The position numbers and the translations under genes are program-made. Below the pieces are notes generated by a model, which ran no database searches, had not been told where the DNA came from, and saw nothing but the letters and a program-made list of their open reading frames with translations. A DNA stretch of 64,000 nucleotides, from assembly GCA_022447365.1 (NCBI GenBank), contig JAKVBL010000001.1, forward strand, positions 29,588-93,587, in the 5' to 3' direction. Origin of the DNA: Oleiphilaceae bacterium. Its GTDB lineage: Bacteria; Pseudomonadota; Gammaproteobacteria; Pseudomonadales; Oleiphilaceae. How positions within the stretch are numbered: position 1 is the first letter of the stretch; each line of letters starts with the position of its first letter. Positions 47,736 through 58,502 of the stretch are shown one piece after another.

Positions 47736-49458
47736 GCCTATTACAAATTTCCTCTACTGCAATGTCGACAGAGAATTCTTGGTTTTCAGCATCTGAACGG
47801 CCTTTATATTCGAGTGTGCCGTTCTTCAAACCTCGATCACTGATCACTACGCGATGCGGAATACCTATCAATTCCATGTCAGCGAACTTGAAGCCTGGGC
47901 GCTCGTTTCTATCGTCCATTAGCACATCGATACCTTTGGCTTTAAGCGCTTCATACAGCTCTTCAGTTTTTTCTGCGACAGCTTCGGATTTATGCATATT
48001 TAAAGGCACGAGGGCGAGATCAAACGGCGCCATAGTTTGTGGCCAGATAATGCCATTGTCGTCGTTGTTTTGCTCGATTGCAGAGGCGACGATGCGTGAA
48101 ACGCCAATGCCGTAGCACCCCATTTCCATAATTTTGGCTTTACCATTTTCATTGAGCACAGAAGCATTCATGGCTGAGCTGTATTTATCTCCAAGCTTGA
48201 AGATGTGTCCCACTTCGATGCCACGCTTAATAACGAGTGACCCTTTACCGTCAGGGCTTGCATCGCCTTCAACAACATTGCGAAGGTCTGCGATTGTGTT
48301 GAGTGCGACATCTCTTTCCCAATTAACGCCAGTTAAATGGAAACCTGTTTTGTTTGCGCCGCAGCAGAAATCTGAAAGATGCGCAGCACTGCGATCCACG
48401 ACTGTTAATATGTCTAAACCGATAGGGCCTAGTGAACCAACTTTTGCATTTAGTTCTTTCTCGATACGTTCTTCCGGTGCAAATTGTAACGGAGATGCGA
48501 CCCCTTCAATTTTTTCGGCTTTGATATCGTTCAGTTCGTGATCGCCACGTAGAACAAGCGCCACCAAAGGCGCTTCGGCATCGTCTTCGCCTTCAGGTGC
48601 TTCGCCTAGCACAATGAGCGTTTTCACGCATTGTTCTGCGCTGATATTTAGCGCTTCAGATACTTCAGCAATTGTATTCTGTTCTGGTGTCGCAACCTCA
48701 GCCATATCCTGACTTGGCTCATTACGCTCTCCAGTAGGTGTTAGAGCTTCGGCCATTTCTATATTTGCGGCATAGCTGCTTTCTGTTGAGAAAGCGATGT
48801 CATCTTCGCCTGAACCAGCTAGCACATGGAATTCATGAGAAGAACTGCCACCAATGCTGCCTGAATCGGCTTGTACTGGACGAAAATCAAGGCCTAATCG
48901 CTCGAATATACGAACATATGCTGCGTGCATTTGCTCGTAGGTCTCGTCTAATGATTCCTTGTTTACGTGAAACGAGTAAGCGTCTTTCATGACAAACTCG
49001 CGTGAGCGCATCACGCCAAAACGTGGGCGGCGCTCGTCACGGAATTTGGTTTGGATCTGATAAAAGTTAGCAGGTAGCTGTTTGTAGCTTTTTAGTTCAT
49101 CGCGAATGATGTCAGTGATAACTTCTTCGTGCGTTGGGCCAAGGCAAAAATCGCGTTCGTGACGGTCTTTAATACGAAGTAATTCTCCTCCGTATTGTTG
49201 CCAGCGCCCAGACTCTTCCCATAGTTCAGCTGGTTGAACAACTGGCATCAAAAGCTCTTGTGCACCTGCTCGATCCATTTCTTCTCGAACGATATGTTCG
49301 ACCTTTCGTAGCACTCGCAAGCCCATGGGGAGCCAATTGTATAAACCAGATGCGAGTTTACGAATCAAACCTGCTCGCAGCATGAGTTGGTGGCTAATAA
49401 CTTCAGCGTCAGATGGGGTTTCTTTTTGAGTTGCGATAAGGAATCGGCTAGCGCGCAT
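47722..49458 (-). CDS. proS: Prolyl-tRNA synthetase (bacterial type with editing insertion)
   Basis: [31 protein letters not shown]-terminus, class II motifs and an INS domain; 578 aa. Confidence 0.95.
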   Translation of the reverse strand: MRASRFLIATQKETPSDAEVISHQLMLRAGLIRKLASGLYNWLPMGLRVLRKVEHIVREEMDRAGAQELLMPVVQPAELWEESGRWQQYGGELLRIKDRHERDFCLGPTHEEVITDIIRDELKSYKQLPANFYQIQTKFRDERRPRFGVMRSREFVMKDAYSFHVNKESLDETYEQMHAAYVRIFERLGLDFRPVQADSGSIGGSSSHEFHVLAGSGEDDIAFSTESSYAANIEMAEALTPTGERNEPSQDMAEVATPEQNTIAEVSEALNISAEQCVKTLIVLGEAPEGEDDAEAPLVALVLRGDHELNDIKAEKIEGVASPLQFAPEERIEKELNAKVGSLGPIGLDILTVVDRSAAHLSDFCCGANKTGFHLTGVNWERDVALNTIADLRNVVEGDASPDGKGSLVIKRGIEVGHIFKLGDKYSSAMNASVLNENGKAKIMEMGCYGIGVSRIVASAIEQNNDDNGIIWPQTMAPFDLALVPLNMHKSEAVAEKTEELYEALKAKGIDVLMDDRNERPGFKFADMELIGIPHRVVISDRGLKNGTLEYKGRSDAENQEFSVDIAVEEICNRLGLA

Positions 49459-49614
49459 TTGCTGTGATTGTCCTGTAGTAGAGATAGTCAGTTAACGTGA
49501 TCAAGTATTGCCATGTATGAGAGGGCAGGTGATCGTATTGCTCAATGGCGCTTATTTTAAAGAGCCTGAGACTAATCGTATAGTCTAAGTTTGAATAACA
49601 AGAGAACATTTAAT

Positions 49615-50028
49615 ATGGCCTTACAAGCAGAAGAAGTTCAAAGCTTGATTCGCGCATGGATCCCCATGGCTGAAGAAATTGATTTGCGCGTAGAAACGAT
49701 TGAAGAGGGATTCTCAAGAATTCGTATCCCATTTGACGACAAAAATAAGCGCCCTGGTGGGAGTGTATCCGGCCCAGTTCTAATGGCTGCTGGTGATACC
49801 GCGATGTATGCCGCGATTTTAGGTTCTATGGGCAAGGTCGCGATGGCGGTTACGAGTAATTTGAATATTAACTTTATGCAGCGCCCAGGCGAGGTAGATA
49901 TTATTGCTGAAGGTAAAATTCTAAAGTTAGGTAAACGTATCGCTTACTGTGAAGTTGATATTTTTACTTCGGAATCGAAAGAGCTAGTGGCCCATGTAAC
50001 AGGGAGCTACGCATTACCGCCCAATTAA
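49615..50028 (+). CDS. PaaI-family hot-dog thioesterase
   Basis: GGSVSGPVLMAAGDTAMY and the hot-dog core; about 137 aa from the ATG at 49615. Confidence 0.7.
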   Translation: MALQAEEVQSLIRAWIPMAEEIDLRVETIEEGFSRIRIPFDDKNKRPGGSVSGPVLMAAGDTAMYAAILGSMGKVAMAVTSNLNINFMQRPGEVDIIAEGKILKLGKRIAYCEVDIFTSESKELVAHVTGSYALPPN

Positions 50029-51168
50029 CGGTACAGAAGGGTCGAGCGCTTCTTCATTGAATATGAATCGATTACGACCTTGATCTTTTGCTTCATACAA
50101 CGCACTGTCAGCACGTTTTACAAGGTCTGCGCGGTCTTGGTTTGGGTGAGGGTATGACGTTGCACCGCCGATAGAACATGTGATTTGAACTTTCTTTTCA
50201 TCATGCTCAAAGTGCAGTTCAGCTACTTTTCTGGTTAAACGTTCTGCGATTGTTGATGCGCCTTCTTCGCCAGTGTTAGGAAGTAATAATATAAACTCCT
50301 CACCGCCGTATCGTGCAACGCAATCTGCAGGGCGCATAAGTGTTTCTGACAAGCAGCTCGCGACTTTGATTAGAACTTCATCGCCAAAGACATGGCCATA
50401 GTTATCATTAATCTGTTTAAAGTAATCGAGATCTACCATCAATATGGATAGGCATGATTTCAAGCGAGCACCTCTTTGCCATTCTTTTTCAAACTCGGCA
50501 TCGAAAAACATTCTGTTTTTGATTTGAGTGAGAGGGTCAGTGACGCTTAGTTTTTCAAGTTCTTTGGCGCGTTCTTCGGCAATAAGATTGTTTGAAATAG
50601 CTTGCCAATAATCATGCTCGGCTGATTTTGAGGCAATTAAAATATATCCCCATGACGTGACCATTAAGCCTGCATATAAGAGGTCATTAGGGTTTTGATT
50701 CCATAAGAAATAGATAATGCTTGGATAAAATAAAACGACTGGATAAAGTTTTCGAATGAGTGGAGAGATGCTTAAAGTGCTGGTTCCCCCCATTGCGAAG
50801 GCGGCTAGAACAATGAGCATCGGTGGCTCAATGTTCGTCAATTCGCTGTCATAGAAAATCCACGCGCTCATCAATCCCCAGTGCAACGCCGCAAGAAGAA
50901 TGCTTGTTGTAAGCCACATCTCTAAGAAGTTGACGTTATGTTTGTCTACTTGTTTTCGTAGAAATAGATGGGTTAAGCGAGTGATAAATATTAAGACAAT
51001 CAGACCGCTATTGATTTGGAAGAATAGAGGGCTTGATTCATGCAGATTAAGCGAGAACGCAATGGCAAACCAAACGATGGCATAAATAAAAATGCCTGGT
51101 TTAGCTCGATTTGCTAAATCATTGAATGCTTTTATACGTAGAACACTGTAATAATCTGTATCGCTCAT
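50014..51168 (-). CDS. Membrane-anchored diguanylate cyclase (GGDEF domain)
   Basis: About six predicted TM segments, then DPLTQIKNR...DLDYFKQINDNYGH..GD...RYGGEEF with an intact GGEEF active site. Confidence 0.85.
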   Translation of the reverse strand: MSDTDYYSVLRIKAFNDLANRAKPGIFIYAIVWFAIAFSLNLHESSPLFFQINSGLIVLIFITRLTHLFLRKQVDKHNVNFLEMWLTTSILLAALHWGLMSAWIFYDSELTNIEPPMLIVLAAFAMGGTSTLSISPLIRKLYPVVLFYPSIIYFLWNQNPNDLLYAGLMVTSWGYILIASKSAEHDYWQAISNNLIAEERAKELEKLSVTDPLTQIKNRMFFDAEFEKEWQRGARLKSCLSILMVDLDYFKQINDNYGHVFGDEVLIKVASCLSETLMRPADCVARYGGEEFILLLPNTGEEGASTIAERLTRKVAELHFEHDEKKVQITCSIGGATSYPHPNQDRADLVKRADSALYEAKDQGRNRFIFNEEALDPSVPLIGR

Positions 51169-51367
51169 TTGAAGAGCTATGCCTCGCTATTTTTATAATT
51201 TAGTGCTCAGCCGGTAATATTAGTGCACTTATCATGATGAGCTAAGCCCAACCGACTGATAGCGCTAAGTTTAGCATAGGCTACTAATTCGGCTGATAAG
51301 AATGGTAGATATGTGATCATGTTGGCTTGTGGTACGATTTTTCTACAATGTATTGAGGGTAGTTTCA

Positions 51368-51856
51368 GTGTTTCGTTTGTTGATTCCAGTGATTGTTTTG
51401 ATTGCAATCATCCTATTTGTGAAAGCTTATAATTCGGGTTCTCCTCAACGAAGAAAGAAGCTTGTTTTTGGCTTTTTGTTTAGCGTGCTATTTGCTGGTG
51501 TGTTGTTTTTGACATTAACCGGTCGACTGCATTACATCGCTGCGGTTGTGACAGGTTTAATCCCTTTTGCTCGACGTATTTATCCTTTACTGCGCTATGT
51601 GCCTGTTTTACGAAGGTTCGTGTCTGAAAGAAGGAAGGGAAAGCAAGATAAAGATGAGTCTGTTGACGAACTTAAAAAAGCGACGATTACCACGAGAGAT
51701 GATGCGCTCAAGGTATTGGGATTAGCTGAAGGCGCGAGCAAGCAGGAAATTGTAGATGCGCATCGTAAGCTAATGCAGAAATGTCATCCTGATAGGGGAG
51801 GCAATGATTTCTTGGCTGCGCAACTAAATCAAGCCAAAGACATCTTATTATCTTAG
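51368..51856 (+). CDS. Membrane protein with C-terminal J-domain (DnaJ-like)
   Basis: Two hydrophobic segments, then ALKVLGLAEGASKQEIVDAHRKLMQKCHPDRGG (HPD motif). The start is uncertain: GTG at 51368 with upstream GAGGG, or the ORF-track start at 51329. Confidence 0.65.
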   Translation: MFRLLIPVIVLIAIILFVKAYNSGSPQRRKKLVFGFLFSVLFAGVLFLTLTGRLHYIAAVVTGLIPFARRIYPLLRYVPVLRRFVSERRKGKQDKDESVDELKKATITTRDDALKVLGLAEGASKQEIVDAHRKLMQKCHPDRGGNDFLAAQLNQAKDILLS

Positions 51857-53220
51857 AAAAGTTCTTGCTGAGGGTGTTCCGTTTTCTGGACTTTTAAGCG
51901 CAACTCTCCTTCTTTGACTTTGGCGGTCAGCACTTCGTTATGTTCCACTTGATCTGGCGATACAATCGCCTTTTTTTCATTGTTCAGTAGGACGCTATAC
52001 CCTCGATCCATTGTTGCTAAAGGACTGACAAGATTAAGTTTGTTGGCAGCTAAGCTCAGTTGATGCTCTTGTTGGGACATAACTCTTTGTATTATGTCGG
52101 AGAGTTTTTGAGAAAGATGCTGGGTCTTGTGCTTAGCTTGAGCGAGTTGCAACTTCGGGTGGAATCGCTCTAGTCGCCCCTCTATTTTGCTTATCGATAC
52201 TGCATTGTTTTGAATTTTCGTTTGCGCGGCTTGATGTAAGCGACCAACCAAATTTTCTGCGTGTAATCGTTTTTGGGCGAGTAAGTAACTCGGACTTTGC
52301 AGTCGATTACGATGCGTATTCAAGATCTGCTGAGATTGGTGAAGTTTGTTTCGCAACAAAAACTGTAATCGACGATGTTGATCATCTAATTTTTGGGTGA
52401 GCTCATACTGATCTGGTGTGATGTATTCTGCCGCAGCAGAAGGTGTGGGGGCGCGCATGTCTGCAACCATATCGGCAATGGATACATCTACTTCGTGCCC
52501 AACCGCACTCACAATTGGCAATGCACTATCAAAGATTGCACGAGCAACAACTTCTTCATTGAATGCCCATAAGTCTTCTAAAGAGCCACCTCCACGGCCT
52601 ACGATCAATACATCTGCAATCTGTTTATCATTTGCGAGTTGGATTGCTTTTGCGATTTCTTGTGCAGCGCCTTCGCCTTGCACTTTGACAGGGATTAATA
52701 TTATTTCCAATCCTGGAAAGCGGCGCTTCGTAACGTGGATGATGTCGTGTATGACGGCTCCCGAACGAGATGTAATGACACAAACGCGCTTAGCCATTTG
52801 AGGAATTGGTTTTTTATGCTGTCTGTCAAAAAGACCTTCTTGATTTAGCTTAAGCTTCAAAGCGTCAAATGCGGCTTGAAGTGCGCCGAGCCCAGCTGGC
52901 TCCATGCTATCGACGATCAGTTGATAATCGCCGCGACCTTCATATAGGCTGAGTTTCCCACGAACAATAACTTCATCACCGTCTTTTGGTTGGAAGCGTA
53001 GTCGTTGATTGGCACCGCGAAACATGGCACAGCGAATTTGCGCTTTTTGGTCTTTTAAAGAAAAGTACCAATGGCCTGAACTTGGTCTTGCAAGGCCGCT
53101 AAGCTCACCGCTTACCCATACTTGTGCGTAACTGACTTCAAGCATTCGTTTAACTTGGCGATTCAGTTCTGAGACGCTAAGTGCGGTCGGTTTATTGTTG
53201 GTGGCTTCTTGAGGGAGCAT
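51853..53220 (-). CDS. xseA: Exodeoxyribonuclease VII large subunit
   Basis: LSVSELNRQVKRMLE...VWVSGELS OB-fold N-terminus and VGRGGGSLEDLWAFNEE; 455 aa. Divergent from guaB as in E. coli. Confidence 0.9.
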   Translation of the reverse strand: MLPQEATNNKPTALSVSELNRQVKRMLEVSYAQVWVSGELSGLARPSSGHWYFSLKDQKAQIRCAMFRGANQRLRFQPKDGDEVIVRGKLSLYEGRGDYQLIVDSMEPAGLGALQAAFDALKLKLNQEGLFDRQHKKPIPQMAKRVCVITSRSGAVIHDIIHVTKRRFPGLEIILIPVKVQGEGAAQEIAKAIQLANDKQIADVLIVGRGGGSLEDLWAFNEEVVARAIFDSALPIVSAVGHEVDVSIADMVADMRAPTPSAAAEYITPDQYELTQKLDDQHRRLQFLLRNKLHQSQQILNTHRNRLQSPSYLLAQKRLHAENLVGRLHQAAQTKIQNNAVSISKIEGRLERFHPKLQLAQAKHKTQHLSQKLSDIIQRVMSQQEHQLSLAANKLNLVSPLATMDRGYSVLLNNEKKAIVSPDQVEHNEVLTAKVKEGELRLKVQKTEHPQQELF

Positions 53221-53271
53221 AGCGGGCTTATGTTGACCAGTTGGTTATGAAAAGTCTATATAAATTAGTGA

Positions 53272-53301
53272 TTTACAGCAAGTTGCTAGGGCGACTATAA
53301 T
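53272..53301 (+). promoter_or_regulatory. Candidate sigma70 promoter of guaB
   Basis: TTTACA (53272-53277), an 18-nt spacer, then TATAAT (53296-53301), 38 nt upstream of ATG 53339. Confidence 0.45.
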
Positions 53302-53338
53302 AAACCGCTTTTCTCGGCAAGGCTAAGGAATCCTCCCT

Positions 53339-54808
53339 ATGTTGCGAATAGCTCAAGACGCATTAACTTTTGACGACGTCCTACTCATTCCTGGGTATTC
53401 GGAAGTCCTTCCCAACCAAGTGTCGCTCAAAACTCGACTCACTCGTAATATCGACCTCAATATCCCTTTATTGTCCGCGGCGATGGATACTGTCACCGAA
53501 GCGAATCTCGCGATTGCGATGGCTCAGGAAGGTGGTATCGGTATTGTTCACAAAAATATGACCGTTGAGGAACAAGCTGCAACGGTAAAAGCCGTTAAAA
53601 AATTCGAAAGTGGCGTGGTGAAAGACCCCATTACTGTATCGCCTCATAATACTGTCCGCGAAGTATTGGAGATTACTGCAGCAAACAAAATCTCAGGCCT
53701 CCCAGTTGTCGATGGCAAAGACTTACTTGGAATTGTAACTGGACGCGATATTCGTTTTGAAAGCCGTCTAGATACTAAAGTGTCAGAAATCATGACCCCG
53801 AAAGAACGATTGGTGACTGTGAAAGAAGGCGAGACAAGTGATGCCATCAAAGATATGTTGCATAAAAATCGTATCGAAAAGGTTTTGGTTGTTAATGACG
53901 ACTTTGAATTAAAAGGGCTTGTCACGGTTAAAGACATTCAAAAGTCTCAAGATTATCCAAACGCAAGCAAGGATGAGTATGGCCAGCTTCGAGTTGGTGC
54001 TGCTGTTGGTACGGGTGAAGGGACAGAAGAGCGTGTTGCTGCGCTCGTTGAAGCAGGTGTCGACGTGATTGTAGTCGATACTGCACACGGCCATTCGAAG
54101 GGCGTGCTTGATCGTGTCCGTTGGGTAAAAGATAACTACCCTCAAGTTGACGTTATTGGCGGTAATATTGCGACGGCAGAGGCTGCAATTGCCTTAGCTG
54201 AAGCGGGCGCCGATGCTGTGAAAGTCGGGATTGGCCCTGGTTCGATTTGTACCACTCGAATTGTTGCAGGTATTGGCGTTCCTCAAATTTCTGCCATTGC
54301 AAACGTGGCTGAAGCCTTGCAACCACTTGGTATTCCGCTTATCGCAGATGGGGGTGTTCGTTTTTCTGGTGATGTGGCAAAAGCGATTGTTGCTGGAGCT
54401 AGTACGATCATGATTGGCAGCTTGTTGGCTGGTACTGATGAGGCGCCTGGTGAGATTGAGTTATATCAAGGTCGTAGCTACAAAGCATATCGTGGCATGG
54501 GCTCATTAGGTGCAATGGGACAAGCTCAAGGTTCGAGCGATCGTTATTTCCAAGACGCGAAATCTGGTGTCGACAAACTCGTGCCAGAAGGTATTGAAGG
54601 ACGAGTTGCGTGTAAGGGACCAATGACTGCTATTATCCATCAACTTATGGGCGGCTTGCGTTCTAGTATGGGGTATACAGGCAGCGCGGATATTGAAGAA
54701 ATGCGCACCAAACCTGAATTTACAAAGATTACTGCAGCAGGGATGAAGGAAAGTCATGTTCATGATGTAACAATTACCAAGGAAGCGCCTAACTACCGCG
54801 TCGGTTGA
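53339..54808 (+). CDS. guaB: IMP dehydrogenase
   Basis: [17 protein letters not shown], a CBS pair, and the catalytic loop [11 protein letters not shown]; 489 aa. Confidence 0.95.
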   Translation: MLRIAQDALTFDDVLLIPGYSEVLPNQVSLKTRLTRNIDLNIPLLSAAMDTVTEANLAIAMAQEGGIGIVHKNMTVEEQAATVKAVKKFESGVVKDPITVSPHNTVREVLEITAANKISGLPVVDGKDLLGIVTGRDIRFESRLDTKVSEIMTPKERLVTVKEGETSDAIKDMLHKNRIEKVLVVNDDFELKGLVTVKDIQKSQDYPNASKDEYGQLRVGAAVGTGEGTEERVAALVEAGVDVIVVDTAHGHSKGVLDRVRWVKDNYPQVDVIGGNIATAEAAIALAEAGADAVKVGIGPGSICTTRIVAGIGVPQISAIANVAEALQPLGIPLIADGGVRFSGDVAKAIVAGASTIMIGSLLAGTDEAPGEIELYQGRSYKAYRGMGSLGAMGQAQGSSDRYFQDAKSGVDKLVPEGIEGRVACKGPMTAIIHQLMGGLRSSMGYTGSADIEEMRTKPEFTKITAAGMKESHVHDVTITKEAPNYRVG

Positions 54809-54834
54809 TAAGTAGAGTGAAGTTTTAAGTAACA

Positions 54835-54868
54835 ACAATCGGGAGTCAGCGGCTCCCGATTGTTTTTT
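54835..54868 (+). terminator. Strong hairpin plus T6 between guaB and guaA
   Basis: 11-bp stem ACAATCGGGAG / CTCCCGATTGT with a 7-nt loop, then TTTTTT (54863-54868). It ends 16 nt before the guaA ATG. Confidence 0.7.
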
Positions 54869-54883
54869 AAGGTATTAAAAAGT

Positions 54884-56479
54884 ATGTCTAGTTCTGAATC
54901 TGTATCGCAAAACATTCATGCACATCGTGTGCTTATTTTAGATTTTGGTTCTCAATACACTCAGCTTATTGCTCGTCGTGTTCGTGAAATTGGTGTGTTT
55001 TGTGAGATTCGCGCATTTGATATGAGCGACGAAGAGATCAAAGAGTATCAGCCTAAAGCGATTATTCTCGCAGGTGGTCCTGAGTCTGTAACCGGCGATA
55101 ACACCCCTAGAGCCCCGCAAGCTGTGTTTGACTTAGGTATACCGGTTCTTGGTATTTGCTATGGCATGCAAACCATGGCGGAACAATTAGGTGGTCGTGT
55201 TGAAAGCTCAGAAGTTCGCGAATTTGGTTATGCACAAATTGAAGTAGTAGGTAATAGCCGTTTGTTTGCTGATGTACGCGATCATCTTGGTGAGAATGGT
55301 GAGTCTCTACTTGATGTTTGGATGAGTCATGGCGATAAAGTTGTAGAAATCCCAGAAGGCTTTGAGTTGATGGCGCTAACGCCTTCTTGCCCTATTGCGG
55401 GGATGTGCGATGAATCTCGCAATTTCTACGGGGTACAGTTCCACCCAGAAGTAACGCATACTCTTCAAGGTAAGCGTATTTTAGAGCACTTTGTGCTCGA
55501 GATTGCGCAGTGTGATGCGCTTTGGACGCCAAGCAAAATTGTAGCGGATGCAATTGAGACGATTAGAGAGCAAGTGGGTAGTGATCACGTGTTGCTTGGT
55601 TTATCGGGTGGTGTTGATTCATCTGTTGTCGCTGCTTTATTGCACAAGGCGATTGGCGATCAATTGACCTGTGTGTTCGTTGATAATGGCTTGTTGCGTT
55701 TGCACGAGGGCGATCAAGTCATGCAAATGTTCGCGAAAAATATGGGCGTTAAAGTGATTCGCGCAGACGCGGCTGATTTATTCTTAAGTCGCCTCGAGGG
55801 CGCATCAGACCCAGAAGATAAGCGCAAGATTATTGGTAACACGTTCATCGAAGTGTTCGATGAAGAGTCAGCCAAAATCGAGAATGTTAAGTGGTTGGCG
55901 CAAGGCACTATTTATCCTGACGTTATCGAATCTGCAGCATCGAAGACAGGCAAAGCACATGTTATTAAGTCGCACCACAACGTAGGTGGCTTGCCAGAAG
56001 ACATGAAGCTCAAACTTGTAGAGCCATTGCGTGAGCTGTTCAAAGATGAGGTGCGTAAGATTGGTCTCGAATTGGGCTTGCCTTACGACATGGTTTATCG
56101 TCATCCCTTTCCAGGCCCGGGTTTAGGTGTTCGTATTTTGGGTGAAGTCAAAAAAGAGTACGCAGATTTATTGCGTCTTGCGGACAATATCTTTATTGAA
56201 GAATTACACCGTCACGACTTGTACCACAAAACAAGCCAAGCCTTTGCAGTATTCCTACCAGTGAAATCTGTAGGTGTTGTTGGAGATGCGCGTCGTTATG
56301 AATACGTGATTGCGCTTCGGGCAGTAGAAACAATTGATTTCATGACCGCGCGATGGGCTCACTTGCCGTATGAGTTTTTAGAGTTAGTTTCTAATCGAAT
56401 TATTAACGAAATCTCTGGTGTGTCGCGCGTGACTTATGATATTTCGTCTAAGCCACCTGCAACAATTGAGTGGGAATAA
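54884..56479 (+). CDS. guaA: GMP synthase (glutamine-hydrolysing)
   Basis: GATase [15 protein letters not shown]...GICYGMQ, ATP-PPase [10 protein letters not shown], and the C-terminal PPATIEWE. I chose the ATG at 54884. Confidence 0.95.
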   Translation: MSSSESVSQNIHAHRVLILDFGSQYTQLIARRVREIGVFCEIRAFDMSDEEIKEYQPKAIILAGGPESVTGDNTPRAPQAVFDLGIPVLGICYGMQTMAEQLGGRVESSEVREFGYAQIEVVGNSRLFADVRDHLGENGESLLDVWMSHGDKVVEIPEGFELMALTPSCPIAGMCDESRNFYGVQFHPEVTHTLQGKRILEHFVLEIAQCDALWTPSKIVADAIETIREQVGSDHVLLGLSGGVDSSVVAALLHKAIGDQLTCVFVDNGLLRLHEGDQVMQMFAKNMGVKVIRADAADLFLSRLEGASDPEDKRKIIGNTFIEVFDEESAKIENVKWLAQGTIYPDVIESAASKTGKAHVIKSHHNVGGLPEDMKLKLVEPLRELFKDEVRKIGLELGLPYDMVYRHPFPGPGLGVRILGEVKKEYADLLRLADNIFIEELHRHDLYHKTSQAFAVFLPVKSVGVVGDARRYEYVIALRAVETIDFMTARWAHLPYEFLELVSNRIINEISGVSRVTYDISSKPPATIEWE

Positions 56480-56513
56480 TTCGTTATTCAGATCAACTAG
56501 AAAGATACTCATC

Positions 56514-57002
56514 ATGAAAAAAGACGATGTTTTCTGGATGCAAAAGGCCTTGGCTCTGGCCGAGCAAGCTGCTGGAAATCAGGAAGTTCCTGTAGGGGCT
56601 GTTGTTGTCATAGATGATGAGATTGTAGGGCAGGGTTGCAATGCGCCAATCGGCAGTTGCGACCCGACAGCCCATGCAGAAGTTCTGGCAATTAGGGATG
56701 CCTGCGAACGTGTTGGTAATTATCGACTCCCTGAAGCGACGCTATATGTCACCATAGAGCCATGCACCATGTGCACCGGAGCGATTGTTCATGCACGTTT
56801 AAAGCGCGTCGTGTTTGGTGCTATTGAGCCAAAAGCTGGAGCGGTTGTTAGTCAGAATCAATTGTTAGATCACCCCGCGATGAATACTTCTGTTGAGGTG
56901 ACACAGGGAGTGTTAGCCGAAGAGTCGAGCCGTCTTATTTCTTCATTTTTTGCTTTGCGTCGTGAAAAAAAGAAAGCTCTTAAGCAAGCTGCGAAGTCTT
57001 AG
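56514..57002 (+). CDS. tadA: tRNA adenosine(34) deaminase
   Basis: HAEVLAIR and PCTMCTGA zinc-binding motifs. I chose the ATG at 56514, which removes the overlap with guaA. Confidence 0.9.
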   Translation: MKKDDVFWMQKALALAEQAAGNQEVPVGAVVVIDDEIVGQGCNAPIGSCDPTAHAEVLAIRDACERVGNYRLPEATLYVTIEPCTMCTGAIVHARLKRVVFGAIEPKAGAVVSQNQLLDHPAMNTSVEVTQGVLAEESSRLISSFFALRREKKKALKQAAKS

Positions 57003-57072
57003 ATATACTTTTATTAAGCTAGAAGTAAATAAACTCTGAATCTGTAAATTAAGTTGGAATTAAGGAAGAGCC

Positions 57073-58062
57073 ATGAAGGTGTTGGTGACCGGAGGAGCTG
57101 GTTATATTGGAAGCCATGTTGTTAAGCAACTAGGTGAAGCTGGATACGATATTGTTGTCTTTGACAATCTTTCGACGGGATATGAATGGGCTGTGACCTA
57201 TGGCGAATTGGTCATTGGTGACGTCGGTGATTTTGATAGGCTGGATGCTTTGTTTGCTGAACATAAGTTTGAAGCTGTGTTGCACTTTGCCGCAAATATT
57301 GTTGTTCCTGAGTCCGTTGAAAATCCTCTTAAATATTACGGAAACAACACGCGCAATACCCTCAATTTATTGAGTGTGATTGAAAAACATCAAACTCCGT
57401 ACATGGTGTTCTCATCTACGGCTGCCGTATATGGGATGCCTGATGAGAAAGTACTGACAGAAGATATGCCTCTTGCACCGATCAATCCTTATGGTGCTTC
57501 TAAAATGATGAGTGAGCAGATGATCCGTGATTTATCATTTGCATCAAATTTGAAACACGTGATTCTACGTTACTTTAATGTCGCTGGAGCAGATCTTGAT
57601 AGCAGAATTGGTCAAGCGACGCCTGAAGCAACGCACCTGATTAAAGTGGCTTGTGAATGTGTGAATGGGGCTAGATCAGGTATGAAGGTATTTGGAACGG
57701 ATTACGATACCCGCGATGGAACCTGTATTCGTGATTATATTCACGTTGATGATTTGGCGAAAGCACACGTTATGGCCTTAGATTTTATGGCACAGGGTGG
57801 TGAGTCTAGTATCTTGAACTGTGGCTACGGCCGAGGCTTCACCGTAAAAGAAGTCATTGATGTAGTGAAAGCGCAATCAGGTAAAGATTTCCCTGTTGAG
57901 GAAACTGAGCGTCGTGCAGGTGATCCAGACGCGTTAATGGCAGATAACACCAAGATCAAAGAAACGCTTGGATGGGTTCCTGATCATGACAACTTAGACG
58001 TCATTGTTAAATCCGCGTTGGATTGGGAAGCTGTTTGGCAGTCGCGTCAGGAGCAAGGATAA
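57073..58062 (+). CDS. galE: UDP-glucose 4-epimerase
   Basis: VLVTGGAGYIGSH, the YGASK catalytic pair, and DGTCIRDYIHVDDLA; 329 aa. Confidence 0.85.
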   Translation: MKVLVTGGAGYIGSHVVKQLGEAGYDIVVFDNLSTGYEWAVTYGELVIGDVGDFDRLDALFAEHKFEAVLHFAANIVVPESVENPLKYYGNNTRNTLNLLSVIEKHQTPYMVFSSTAAVYGMPDEKVLTEDMPLAPINPYGASKMMSEQMIRDLSFASNLKHVILRYFNVAGADLDSRIGQATPEATHLIKVACECVNGARSGMKVFGTDYDTRDGTCIRDYIHVDDLAKAHVMALDFMAQGGESSILNCGYGRGFTVKEVIDVVKAQSGKDFPVEETERRAGDPDALMADNTKIKETLGWVPDHDNLDVIVKSALDWEAVWQSRQEQG

Positions 58063-58066
58063 GTCT

Positions 58067-58498
58067 GTGAACTTTATTTTGGATGAGCGCCTCGCTGGCG
58101 ACACAGAGTTTTTAGTCGATTGGCCATTATGTCGAGTATTGCTGATGAATGATCAGCAATACCCTTGGTGCATTCTCGTACCAAGAGTGATGTCTGATAA
58201 CGATGATGTGATGAAAGAGCTGTATGAGTTGAGCGACGATCAGCGTGCTCAATTTGATGCAGAATCAGTGTTTTTGTCGAAAACTTTGATGCAATACTTT
58301 CAGGGTGAAAAACTAAACATAGCGGCCTTAGGGAATGTCGTTTCACAGTTACATATCCATCATGTCGTTCGTTTCAAAAATGACATAGCTTGGCCTGCTC
58401 CTATATGGGGGCGTCACTCGGTAAAGCCATATGACGACGCAGCGCTCACAGATCAAAAAGAAGCCTTAATCAATTTGCTAAAGCCTGCATTCGCATAG
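58067..58498 (+). CDS. HIT-family (histidine triad) protein
   Basis: GTG start 4 nt after the galE stop, preceded by AAGGA. The triad region reads QLHIHHVVR; about 143 aa. Confidence 0.7.
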   Translation: MNFILDERLAGDTEFLVDWPLCRVLLMNDQQYPWCILVPRVMSDNDDVMKELYELSDDQRAQFDAESVFLSKTLMQYFQGEKLNIAALGNVVSQLHIHHVVRFKNDIAWPAPIWGRHSVKPYDDAALTDQKEALINLLKPAFA

Positions 58499-58502
58499 TC
58501 CT

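Noticed and set aside
54860-54883. N-terminal extensions suggested by the ORF track: guaA from 54860, tadA from 56436, rlmB from 42897, HIT from 58004, crotonase from 28888, ubiX from 31045, the ATPase from 31668, HNH from 39584, PaaI from 49591, rsgA to 28227 and DJ-1 to 45475.
   Set aside because: The extensions overlap upstream genes or terminators, start at weak codons, and add residues with no homology. Internal ATG or GTG codons match the conserved N-termini and have better SD contexts.
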